Below are positions 1-8,198 of a stretch of DNA of 32,000 bases, piece after piece. Numbering within the stretch: position 1 is the stretch's first letter; each line of letters starts with the position of its first letter. The stretch is taken from the NCBI RefSeq assembly GCF_000025945.1, contig NC_006138.1:2220001-2252000 (forward strand), written 5' to 3'. The position numbers were made by a program, and so were the translations under genes. Origin of the DNA: Desulfotalea psychrophila LSv54 (GTDB lineage Bacteria > Desulfobacterota > Desulfobulbia > Desulfobulbales > Desulfocapsaceae). Below the pieces are notes generated by a model that worked only from the letters and a program-made list of their open reading frames with translations, did no database searches and was not told the origin of the DNA.

Positions 1-1193
1 CATTACAGATCATTGAGCGTTCACGAAAATGGGCGCCGGGAATAATGGTATAGAGGGCAGGGATTTGCAGCTGGGGATGACAGACATCTATCATATAGAC
101 ATCAAAACCATTGTTCTTCAGACTATCGAGGCAATTTTTCACTTCGGTATAGATATTATCATCTGAAATATCTACCATCTCGTCAATAGTCACCTGATCT
201 GCTGTCTCGGTAAGATAGGTAACCTCGCTCATGGACAGAGGTTTAGGTAAACCGGAGGCTATATAATTGGAACCGGTATTGAAATCTCCTGCTAACTGAG
301 CTACCTCGGTGATGGCTCGAATAATGGCCTTCTCCGGATTTGGAGTAGTACCTGCCGTATAGACAATTTCACTCTTTTCAGGGAAGGTTGAGCGATCAAT
401 GGCCAGGGCACCAACGGAGGCAATTCCTGTCTCCAGGCTGAAATCATTGAGATATACTTCAATGTTATTTTTGGCAAACTTTTCAAGAAGCTCCACGGCT
501 ACGGGATCTTTAATCGTCTCTACATCGATCTTTGCCGTTGGTAGTTTATCACGGTTAATTCGAGAGCAGACATCGCGCTCGACAATCTCACAGAGACCTT
601 GAAGGGCGGCCTCTTCTTGGGTATTACCGGCTGAAGGGCCGTTGAACTCATTAATTGCAAAGAACCAGGAAAAGGGGATAAGAACCTCTCCTTCCTCACC
701 TGTCATTTTGGTGGCCCAGGTCCACTGCATGGGAATACCGGCAAGAAGTTTTTCTAACTGAGCCACGGTGGTATGGGTATCGTGCACGGATTTAAGTAGA
801 TGTTCCATGTCTAAGACGGGATAACCTGCTGCCCGCATCTCCTCATAGTCACCAAGCAAAAAATTATCTGCGTTTTTGCTAAATGAGAAAAAAGAGAATC
901 TCTCGGCAAGTTCCATACAGGCAGATGCTTCGGATTGTATGGGCGAGGCACCCTTGCCCATCTGCTTCTTTGTCCCCGTATATTGAGAGGCATCATCGCC
1001 ACAGACGCTAAAATATACAGGAATATCTAAGCGTCCATTATCAATACGACGAACTTCACTGACTATATTTATATCGAGATTTTTCACCTTGGAATAAAAA
1101 CGTTCAAGGGTTTGTTCCCGGTGTAATTGCCTTGTCTTGATCGGTGGTAAATGTCTTATAGCAATCTTTTAATACTACTGGCTTTTTTTCCAT
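1..1193 (-). pseudogene. ycaO: YcaO-domain protein (ATP-dependent amide-activating family), 3' end cut by window edge, N-terminus out of frame
   Basis: Absent from the ORF track because the frame runs off the window. Reading the minus strand gives one open frame from 1168 down to 1, including PFSWFFAINEFNGPSAGNTQEEAALQGLCEIVERDVCS, which is YcaO-like. The expected N-terminus (ATG at 1193, MEKKPVVLKDCYKTFTTDQDKAITPG) is in another frame and stops at 1104-1106. Removing one base from the CCCGG run at 1117-1121 joins them as ...AITP/EQTLERFYSKV... Confidence 0.7.
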
Positions 1194-1451
1194 TACTCTG
1201 CCTATTTCGTTAAGTCTAATAACTGTCTACTGCTAAATTCAGTAGTCATATACATACTCCAGGGATTCAGCCATGGACGGGCAAACAACAACTGGCCAAC
1301 TCAAAAAGATCATCTCTTTAAACCCGGAGGCTAAGTCGTACGGGCCATTGTCCACGCACAACATCATCATCAATGGGGCAAAAGGCAATCAATAATCCCC
1401 AAAAAAAACTTGGTCTCAGGAATAGATCGATACTCATAGAGGAGAGAACGC

Positions 1452-1937
1452 TTACTCCCCCTTCTCTCTATGCAAAAGAAATTCTTTTATCTTATGTCCC
1501 CAGGAACTTGCCTCTTTACAGGAGAAGCGCACAGCCCTGCTCTCTTCGTCTACAAAGCTTATCTGCAAATATAAACTCTGTTCAGGAATAAGATCATAGG
1601 CACGAGAGGGCCACTCTATAACGGTGAGTCCTCCACCATAAAAGTACTCCTCAAAACCAAGGTCTATTACCTCATCCTCCCCACCAAGTCGATAGAGATC
1701 CATATGATAGAGGGGGATTCGTCCCTGATATTCATGGAGGATGGCAAAGGAGGGGCTAGTCACATACTCCCTCGGATCAACTTCGAGGCCACGGGCAATA
1801 TACTGGGTCAGAGTTGTTTTACCAGCCCCTAAATCGCCCTCAAGACAAATGACATCGCCTGCCTCGGCCACATGTCCCAGGAAGAGTCCCAATATTTCTG
1901 TTTCAGCAAGAGAGCTAATATTATAAGAGAGGTCCAT
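1452..1937 (-). CDS. tsaE: tRNA threonylcarbamoyladenosine (t6A) biosynthesis ATPase TsaE
   Basis: 161-aa ORF with P-loop GDLGAGKTTLTQ and the size and layout of the YjeE/TsaE family. Confidence 0.85.
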   Translation of the reverse strand: MDLSYNISSLAETEILGLFLGHVAEAGDVICLEGDLGAGKTTLTQYIARGLEVDPREYVTSPSFAILHEYQGRIPLYHMDLYRLGGEDEVIDLGFEEYFYGGGLTVIEWPSRAYDLIPEQSLYLQISFVDEESRAVRFSCKEASSWGHKIKEFLLHREKGE

Positions 1938-2246
1938 ATTTTTTTTGACTTAAATTAAGTTTTACACACCTTGTGAGTTTAGATAAGGCTGGATGTCGCA
2001 AGGCGTTCTTAACAGGAGAACTTTTGGTCTTTTCCTGCCAGAAAGGTTTAACTAAAAAAAGTTTTAGCACTTTCTACCTCTATATATTGCAGAACTCCAG
2101 CTTATACTTATAGCCACGGTGTTTTTTTTGGTGTATTTTAGTTGGTCGTTTATTGCTTTAACAGCTTTTTCTTCCCTTCTAGGTAAGAGAAAGAGAACAA
2201 GTCGATGTATTTTATACTGTTAACATTCTCAATACGGAGTTTATAA

Positions 2247-3530
2247 ATGGGAAAAACTATAGCTGAAAAAATTTTTGATGCCCATCTGCGTGATAAACCA
2301 TCACCAGATAACATGGTTCTTAATCTGGATGCCGTACTTTGTCACGAGATTACCACCCCTATTGCCATCATGGATCTTGTAGAAAAGGGGATGGATCAGG
2401 TCTTCGATAATACTAAAATCAAGGCCGTCATCGATCATGTCACCCCTGCTAAAGACTCTAAGACTGCCCTGCAGGGAAAAATCATGCGTGACTGGGCAAA
2501 ACGTCATGCTATTAAAGATTTTTTTGATATTGGCGCCAATGGTGTTTGCCATGCCCTCTTTCCTGAAAAGGGTTTTATCCGTCCCGGTTACACTGTTATC
2601 ATGGGTGATTCTCACACCTGTACTCACGGAGCCTTTGGCGCCTTTGCCGCAGGTGTTGGCACAACGGATCTTGAGGTGGGTATCTATAAGGGTGTCTGCT
2701 CATTCAGAACCCCAAAATCTTTGAAGATAGAGCTGAGCGGTGAGCTGCAACATGGCGTTACTGCCAAAGATGTTATCCTTGCTGTAATTAAAAGACTCAC
2801 CGTAAATGGTGGTACCGATAAGATTATAGAATTTGTCGGCCCGGTAATCGATGCTTTCAATATGGCAGAGCGTATGACCCTCTGTAATATGGCCATTGAG
2901 GCGGGTGCAACCTGTGGTATTTGCCTGCCTGATCTGGTAACAGCTGAATATCTTTGGGAGTTCATAAAGGATGACTACAGTGATATTGCTGCGGCCGTTG
3001 CAGATTTCAGTAAGTGGCACTCCGATAGTGATGCCCTCTATGTGGAAGAGATCAAAATAGATGTCTCTCCCCTCACCCCTCAGGTTACCTTTGATTTCAA
3101 ACCTGATCAGGTGAAAGATATCACTGATATGGCCGGTACCAAGGTTGATCAAATTTATATCGGCTCCTGTACCAATGGCCGTATAGAAGATCTGCGCGCG
3201 GCTGCCTCTATCCTTAAGGGCAGAACCCTGGCCACCGGGGTACGTGGTATTGTGACTCCGGCTACCCCAAAGATTTACAGCATGGCCCTTGAAGAGGGTA
3301 TCATCAAGATCTTTATGGATGCCGGCTTCTGTGTACTCAACCCCACCTGTGGGGCATGTCTTGGTATGAGCTCAGGAGTGCTGGCCGAAGGTGAGGTCTG
3401 TGCTTCCACCACCAATCGTAACTTTAACGGTCGGATGGGTAAGGGGGGAATGGTACATTTGATGAGTCCATACTCCGCAACCGTAGGGGCTGTAACCGGT
3501 ACAATAACCGATCCGCGTCAGTTTCTGTAG
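2247..3530 (+). CDS. leuC: 3-isopropylmalate (or homoaconitate/citramalate-type) dehydratase large subunit, short archaeal-type aconitase-family protein
   Basis: 427-aa ORF with Fe-S ligand context GDSHTCTHGAFGA, GSCTNGRIEDL and NPTCGACLG. RBS ACGGAG lies upstream of the ATG. Confidence 0.85.
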   Translation: MGKTIAEKIFDAHLRDKPSPDNMVLNLDAVLCHEITTPIAIMDLVEKGMDQVFDNTKIKAVIDHVTPAKDSKTALQGKIMRDWAKRHAIKDFFDIGANGVCHALFPEKGFIRPGYTVIMGDSHTCTHGAFGAFAAGVGTTDLEVGIYKGVCSFRTPKSLKIELSGELQHGVTAKDVILAVIKRLTVNGGTDKIIEFVGPVIDAFNMAERMTLCNMAIEAGATCGICLPDLVTAEYLWEFIKDDYSDIAAAVADFSKWHSDSDALYVEEIKIDVSPLTPQVTFDFKPDQVKDITDMAGTKVDQIYIGSCTNGRIEDLRAAASILKGRTLATGVRGIVTPATPKIYSMALEEGIIKIFMDAGFCVLNPTCGACLGMSSGVLAEGEVCASTTNRNFNGRMGKGGMVHLMSPYSATVGAVTGTITDPRQFL

Positions 3531-3621
3531 GATGTCAACAGAAAGAACCCTTTTCACATACTAAGGGGGATCTTGAACTGATTCAAGGTTTCCTAAAATT
3601 TACCAAAGATAGAGGTAGTTT

Positions 3622-4149
3622 ATGAAGCAGTTTGGTGGCCCTGCAGTCCTTTTGGACAGAAACGATATTAACACAGTCGAGATTATTCCGGCAAAGTACC
3701 TAGCGGAGAGCAGCAAAACAGCCCTGCGTTCGCATCTGCTTGAAGATCTCCTTGTGGACGGCGAGCCCTTTGCATATCAGTCAACGGCCATGCAGGAAGC
3801 ACGGGTGATTGTGGCCAAAGAGAACTTTGGCTGCGGCTCATCAAGAGAGCATGCAGTATGGGCCTTTGAAGTCAACGATATCAATGTGATTATTGCCACA
3901 AGCTTTGCCCGTATTTTTCGGCAAAATATGTTCAACTGCGGCATACTTGCCATTGAGATAGAGGCAGCTGATGTAGATCGTATCTTTGCCTTGGGAGATG
4001 ATGTCCAGATTCAGGTGGATCTGGAAGCCGATAGTATGACAGCTCAGGCTGGCAATGAATCTCTTACCTGTAAATTTGCGATGAATCCCTTTGACAAGGA
4101 ACTTGTGGCCGCAGGTGGCTGGTTGGCCTACGCCGATAAAAAATATTAG
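3622..4149 (+). CDS. leuD: 3-isopropylmalate dehydratase small subunit (aconitase swivel domain)
   Basis: 175-aa ORF directly after leuC. Contains ENFGCGSSREHA (the LeuD GCGSSREHA motif). RBS GAGGTAG. Confidence 0.8.
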   Translation: MKQFGGPAVLLDRNDINTVEIIPAKYLAESSKTALRSHLLEDLLVDGEPFAYQSTAMQEARVIVAKENFGCGSSREHAVWAFEVNDINVIIATSFARIFRQNMFNCGILAIEIEAADVDRIFALGDDVQIQVDLEADSMTAQAGNESLTCKFAMNPFDKELVAAGGWLAYADKKY

Positions 4150-4172
4150 TCGATTAAATCTTCCATAAAAAA

Positions 4173-4206
4173 GGGCTGCATCTCCCACGGAGATGCAGCC
4201 CTTTTT
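4173..4206 (+). terminator. Rho-independent terminator after leuD
   Basis: Perfect 13-bp stem GGGCTGCATCTCC (4173-4185) / GGAGATGCAGCCC (4189-4201), 3-nt loop, then TTTTT (4202-4206). Confidence 0.8.
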
Positions 4207-4420
4207 ATGACCTCTTCTCGTAGAATTTCCCTACTCTTATCTCGAAATCCACCCTCTCTAAGGCATTGTATTACTGTTTTTGTAGCTTGCTTTCTGCCAG
4301 CCAGGTGACCTTGCAAGTCTGTCTCAAAATAGCGATACTGTAGATGTAGAGAAAAGTTGCACTCATTTGCATTTATTTTAGAGAGGGCTCTTATACGAAA
4401 AAGGGGAATGTAAATACGAT

Positions 4421-5782
4421 ATGAAAGAAAATTTAGTGTCTTTACAAACTAGACTGCTCTTTGTTCATGAAGAGAGGGATATTCGGCATCATTTTTGCGA
4501 GAATCTGTGTGCTGAAGATTTCTTGCTTAAAACTGTCCCTGATAGCAGGGAGGCGTTAAAGGTACTTAAAATATTCCCTGCAGATATTGTAATGCTTTGC
4601 ATTGTAGGGGACGGGTTAGCACTTCTTGATGAAATTCGTACCCACATCCCCGATGGGATTATCGTGGCCGTTGTGAATAATGACACCTCGAAAGAGGTGC
4701 TCAATGCCGTAAAGTTGGGAGGCTATAACTACGTATTAATGCCATTTGACTTTGGTGCGATCAGAGAATTAATCCGAAATAGGCTATTAAAGACTTCATT
4801 TGAGGGAAAAGAGCGCCGAAAAAGATATCGCTTTGAGAATCTCATTGGCCGAAATATTAAGATGCTTGATGTTTATCAGAAGGTAAACGACGTTGCAGTC
4901 GCCAATACCACTGTTCTTATCACCGGAGAAACAGGAACAGGCAAGGAGCTGGTCGCCGAGGCGATTCACTCTAGAAGTGCCAGGAAATCCGGCCCTCTGA
5001 TTCGGGTAAACTGTGCAGCCTTTACTGAAACGCTTATCAATAGCGAGCTGTTCGGTTATGAGAAAGGGGCCTTTTCAGGTGCGATGGCGCTGAAAAAAGG
5101 GTGTTTTGAACTGGCTGACAATGGAACTATTCTGTTGGATGAAATCGGTGACATCCCCCTTCAGACCCAGACCTGCCTCTTACGGCTCCTTGATTCAGGG
5201 TCCTTTCAACGTGTTGGTGGCGTTAAAACCCTGAAAACTAATTCACGGATTATTTGTGCCACCAACCTGGATCTTTGGCATATGGTTCAAGAGAAGCTTT
5301 TCAGGGAAGACCTCTTTTATCGGATCAATGTTGTTTCGATACATATGCCGCCCCTTCGGGAGAGAAAATCCGACATTCCCCTTTTGGCTAGGTACTTTTT
5401 AAAAAAATACTGTGGTCAAATTGGGAAGGACATCTCTCATATTCCCGACTCGACCATGGAGATGCTGCATCGTTATGACTGGCCGGGCAACGTAAGAGAG
5501 CTTGCCAACGTCATAGAACAGGCTGTCGTTTTTTGTAAAAGGAAGGAACTCGCCCTGCATAACCTGCCCTTGAAAGTGCGTGAAACCTCCTTGCCAAAGG
5601 CCTTTATCCTCAATCTTGCATCTCGCTCACTTCCGGATGCGGCATCTGCCCTGATACAGAATGTCCTTGCTGAGACGGGCTGGAACATGAAGCAGGCGGC
5701 GGAGAAGCTTGATATTGCCAGGGGCACCCTCTATAGCAAAATAAAAAAATACGGAATAGAAAAACCACGCTCTGGTGATTGA
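4421..5782 (+). CDS. Sigma-54-dependent transcriptional activator (NtrC family) with degenerate receiver domain
   Basis: 453-aa ORF with three parts: an N-terminal CheY-like domain, an AAA+ core (GETGTGKE Walker A, ILLDEIGD Walker B, GAFSGA variant of the GAFTGA sigma-54 contact loop, FREDLFYRI) and a C-terminal Fis-type HTH (AAEKLDIARGTLYSKIKKYGI). Confidence 0.9.
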   Translation: MKENLVSLQTRLLFVHEERDIRHHFCENLCAEDFLLKTVPDSREALKVLKIFPADIVMLCIVGDGLALLDEIRTHIPDGIIVAVVNNDTSKEVLNAVKLGGYNYVLMPFDFGAIRELIRNRLLKTSFEGKERRKRYRFENLIGRNIKMLDVYQKVNDVAVANTTVLITGETGTGKELVAEAIHSRSARKSGPLIRVNCAAFTETLINSELFGYEKGAFSGAMALKKGCFELADNGTILLDEIGDIPLQTQTCLLRLLDSGSFQRVGGVKTLKTNSRIICATNLDLWHMVQEKLFREDLFYRINVVSIHMPPLRERKSDIPLLARYFLKKYCGQIGKDISHIPDSTMEMLHRYDWPGNVRELANVIEQAVVFCKRKELALHNLPLKVRETSLPKAFILNLASRSLPDAASALIQNVLAETGWNMKQAAEKLDIARGTLYSKIKKYGIEKPRSGD

Positions 5783-6155
5783 TTTTAACACTCGCCCCTT
5801 CTCGTCCCTCCAACACCAACTTAATTGGTACCCTATCGGCTCTCAATGGCATTTGAGAGCCTCATCATAGAGTTCAAAGAGATATTCACCATATCCCAAT
5901 CCTTATGCACATTCCTTGGTGTTTGCCCGCCCTTAAAGAATCTTTATCCTGCTGCCTATGTTGGCTTTTGCACACACCCACTGTTTTGCTTTTTGTCGTA
6001 CTCTCAACAAGTTATGAAAAAAAATCCGTTTTGCTGTCGTAAATTGAACAGAGGCAAGCGTGATCGAAGAGGTGTATTGGCCACTTTTGCGACAAACGCT
6101 GATATATAAAACGTAAAGCACTGATAATATGGTTCTAATTGTATGCTTTTAACTT

Positions 6156-6171
6156 TGGCATGGGTATTGCT
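6156..6171 (+). promoter_or_regulatory. Sigma-54 (-24/-12) promoter
   Basis: TGGCAT-GGGTA-TTGCT fits TGGCAC-N5-TTGCW with correct GG-N10-GC spacing. It lies about 70 nt upstream of the ATG at 6241 and directly downstream of the sigma-54 activator gene. Confidence 0.75.
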
Positions 6172-6240
6172 GTAAAGAAGGTAAAGCAACAGAGAGAAGG
6201 TAAAGCGACAAAAACCTTAAACACGAGAGTGGGGGATAAA

Positions 6241-6789
6241 ATGAAAAAAACATTATCAACATTTATGGCACTTGTAGTACCTATGAGCGTAGTTTTAATG
6301 GCTGGTTCGGCAATGGCAAGTAACACCGATGACCAAGCTGTTACTCTCGATGTTCAGGCTATTGAGGAACTAGAACTATCGGCTGCAGTTATTCTCACAT
6401 TCAACGCTACCAATCTTGAGGCATTTGAGGGGCCGAGGGTTTCGGGCGACTATGTAATTGGTAAGGATGATTTCCAGATCACGGATGCTAATAGCACATA
6501 TTCGGTAACGACAAACTCTCCTGATAGTCAAAAAATAACTGCCTATCTTGATACTGCCATTACCGCAGCAGATTTGAAGTTATACGTCGCGCTTGCCTCC
6601 GAGTCTGTTACTTCCGAAGGTGAGGTAGAGCTTACTTCTGTTGTTACTGCAGGTCCTGCGACTTTGGTAACTGGGTTAAAACAGATAGCGGATTTCGAGC
6701 AGGTAATTACCTACAGGGCTACTGCCACTGTTGCGACACCGGTAGCTCCTATTACCCCGGTTGTTACATTTACCCTCATAGATGCGTAG
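6241..6789 (+). CDS. Small secreted beta-strand-rich protein, paralogue 1 (candidate major fibre/adhesin subunit; function unknown)
   Basis: Internal start of ORF 6139..6789. RBS GGGGGA precedes the ATG at 6241. Signal peptide MKKTLSTFMALVVPMSVVLMAGSAMA/SN. Shares YSVTTN..KITAYLDTA...LVTG...ITY...VTFTLIDA with the 7170 ORF. Confidence 0.8.
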   Translation: MKKTLSTFMALVVPMSVVLMAGSAMASNTDDQAVTLDVQAIEELELSAAVILTFNATNLEAFEGPRVSGDYVIGKDDFQITDANSTYSVTTNSPDSQKITAYLDTAITAADLKLYVALASESVTSEGEVELTSVVTAGPATLVTGLKQIADFEQVITYRATATVATPVAPITPVVTFTLIDA

Positions 6790-6831
6790 TGATTTAGTTA
6801 AATATTATTAACCCCTCTTCTGAGGACAATG

Positions 6832-6865
6832 AAGCGGGCCCTATAAGGGCCCGCTTTAGCTTTTT
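6832..6865 (+). terminator. Rho-independent terminator/attenuator after first subunit gene
   Basis: 10-bp GC-rich stem AAGCGGGCCC (6832-6841) / GGGCCCGCTT (6847-6856), loop TATAA, then TAGCTTTTT. Confidence 0.7.
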
Positions 6866-7118
6866 GTTAAACAACTCTACGCAGAGTGTTCTTGTTTACT
6901 ATCGTCATTCTCTCCTAGTAATAAACAGCCCATCCAGTTGATTTGTAGTTCAGTTATTTCACTCAATGCTTAATGCGCGTGGGTCTTCTATTTGTTATCT
7001 GCAGCACAATAAACTCAATGTATCAGCAATTTACCTTTCTCTTTCTGCTGAAAAAGTCACAGCATTTTTTATTAACGAATTGTAATGAAGGTCAAGGTGG
7101 AATACTTTGTTTAACCTC

Positions 7119-7148
7119 TTGACTTGAAAGATATTATCATGCTTTAAT
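7119..7148 (+). promoter_or_regulatory. Candidate sigma-70 promoter for the downstream four genes
   Basis: TTGACT (7119-7124), 18-nt spacer, TTTAAT (7143-7148), about 20 nt before the ATG at 7170. Sequence match only. Confidence 0.25.
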
Positions 7149-7169
7149 TAACAAAAAAAGAGAAATTCA

Positions 7170-7655
7170 ATGAAAATATTCAAAATATTTTTGCTCACAG
7201 TAATGATGGTTATTGCTTTAAAGGAGGCCGTTTTAGCGGCGGACGTTGGCACTCAGGTGATGACTTTCACCTTTCAGCCGATTAACGAGATCATGGTCAG
7301 CGAAGAACCGAGCTTGGCTATCTCTTCTTCTGCGATTGTGGGGCAAGAACCTTCGCCGGTGACTGACAGTTCGGCCATATACGCCATAAGCACAAACGCC
7401 ACTAACAAGAAAATTACAGCCCATCTTGATACGGCCCTGCCTTCATATCTTACCTTGACTGTGAATGCTGCCGCCCCGTCAGACAGCGGCACAAGCTTGG
7501 GTGACGTGAACCTCAGCACCTCAACGTCCGCTCTTGTGACGGGTGTAGGCACTGAGGCTGTTAGCAGTCTGACAATAACTTACACGCTGAGTGCCACTGT
7601 CCAGGCAAATGTGGTTGCCACTGGCATACCTGTTATCTTTACCCTTGCGGATTGA
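7170..7655 (+). CDS. Small secreted beta-strand-rich protein, paralogue 2 (function unknown)
   Basis: 161-aa ORF. Signal peptide MKIFKIFLLTVMMVIALKEAVLA/AD. Core IYAISTNATNKKITAHLDTA ... LVTG ... ITYTLSATV ... VIFTLAD aligns with paralogue 1. Confidence 0.8.
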   Translation: MKIFKIFLLTVMMVIALKEAVLAADVGTQVMTFTFQPINEIMVSEEPSLAISSSAIVGQEPSPVTDSSAIYAISTNATNKKITAHLDTALPSYLTLTVNAAAPSDSGTSLGDVNLSTSTSALVTGVGTEAVSSLTITYTLSATVQANVVATGIPVIFTLAD

Positions 7656-7692
7656 GGTATCCTTTGACCCACTTCAAAAAAAGGAGGATAAA

Positions 7693-8182
7693 ATGAAGCG
7701 TGCAAGCAGACGTGCCATCATATTTTTTTTGATGTCGCTGTGTTTTGCGGTCCAGCCGGCGCACGCCGCCATATCTATCACCGTAACCGGATCATGGATT
7801 GAAAATATTGACAAGAACGACTTGGTGTCCGGAGCCGGCAGCGACCTACAAGGCACGTATACCAATGTTTCTGGAGATGTCCTCATCGATATTTCAGGCA
7901 CAAGCGATTCTTCTGATACTTGGCGCGTTGATGTGAATAAATTTGATTCTACTTGGGATAACGACCTTTATGCCTATGTGAGAAGAAACTGCTGACGGCT
8001 CAGGGGGAAGTGTCAGCGGCGGTGACTCGTATCAGCAGGTAACAGGTATGAAGACTTCCTTTTTTACCGGTTCTGGAGATGTGAGTGGCATAAAGGTGCA
8101 GTTGAAAATGAGCGGGGCCTCCATTCAGATTAGCCCCGACTCCTATTCCACCACGCTTTATTACACGGTGAGCGATACTTAG
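7693..8182 (+). pseudogene. Third small secreted protein, split by a +1 frame change (7693..7995 plus 7982..8182)
   Basis: RBS AAGGAGG precedes the ATG at 7693. Signal peptide MKRASRRAIIFFLMSLCFAVQPAHA/AI. The frame stops at 7993-7995. The +1 frame is open from 7982 to TAG at 8180-8182 (EETADGSGGSVSGG...ISPDSYSTTLYYTVSDT) with no RBS of its own. The joined length of about 162 aa matches the two paralogues. Confidence 0.5.
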
Positions 8183-8198
8183 TAAGGGAGAGTTTTTT

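Noticed and set aside
5825-6109. 94-aa ORF in the activator/promoter spacer
   Set aside because: It has no RBS and low-complexity odd composition, and it overlaps the putative enhancer repeats.
6139-6240. N-terminal 34 codons of ORF 6139..6789
   Set aside because: The sigma-54 promoter (6156-6171) lies inside this stretch. A good RBS and a canonical signal peptide begin at the ATG at 6241.
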